Positions 63,929-64,000 of a DNA stretch of 64,000 nucleotides are shown here, in pieces. Below the pieces are notes generated by a model. That model was not told where the DNA came from and did no database searches. It saw only the letters and a program-made list of their open reading frames with translations. Source of the DNA: Saccostrea echinata (lineage: Eukaryota); the NCBI RefSeq assembly GCF_033153115.1, contig NW_026889779.1, forward strand, positions 9,796,001-9,860,000, read 5' to 3'. How positions within the stretch are numbered: position 1 is the stretch's first letter; each line of letters opens with the position of its first letter. The translations under genes were made by a program, and so were the position numbers.

Positions 63929-64000
63929 GTAAGTACAGTACAAAAGTATAGGTTATATTTTTTCATTCATCAAATTTTTTTTTTCAAGGAAAAAAAGAAA

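Overview
AT-rich eukaryotic genomic DNA with spliceosomal introns. The repeat landscape (Helentron-type non-autonomous elements carrying tandem repeats, a tRNA-derived SINE, many MITEs) suggests a bivalve mollusc such as an oyster; this is inference. (1) 2737-30285 (+): one very large multi-exon gene, 5'-partial. I traced 34 phase-compatible exons by hand, encoding >3,600 aa: six tandem pentraxin/ConA-like LamG domains, an alpha-neurexin-like array of 7 LNS and 3 EGF domains, one transmembrane helix, a Gly/Ser-rich cytoplasmic linker and a C-terminal WD40 propeller. A small internal exon (11316-11358) encodes a signal peptide and splices in frame to the neurexin-like half, predicting a second isoform of about 2,247 aa from an internal promoter. 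(2) About 30.3-47.8 kb: intergenic and repeat-rich (5'-truncated LINE, two Helentron-type elements, SINE, MITEs). (3) 48-52 kb: a three-layer nest of DNA transposons including a decayed pogo-type transposase with a C-terminal PHD finger. (4) 54166 to the window end (+): the 5' part of an Enhancer of zeste (EZH2-like) gene, with a GC-AG intron and heavily TE-invaded introns.
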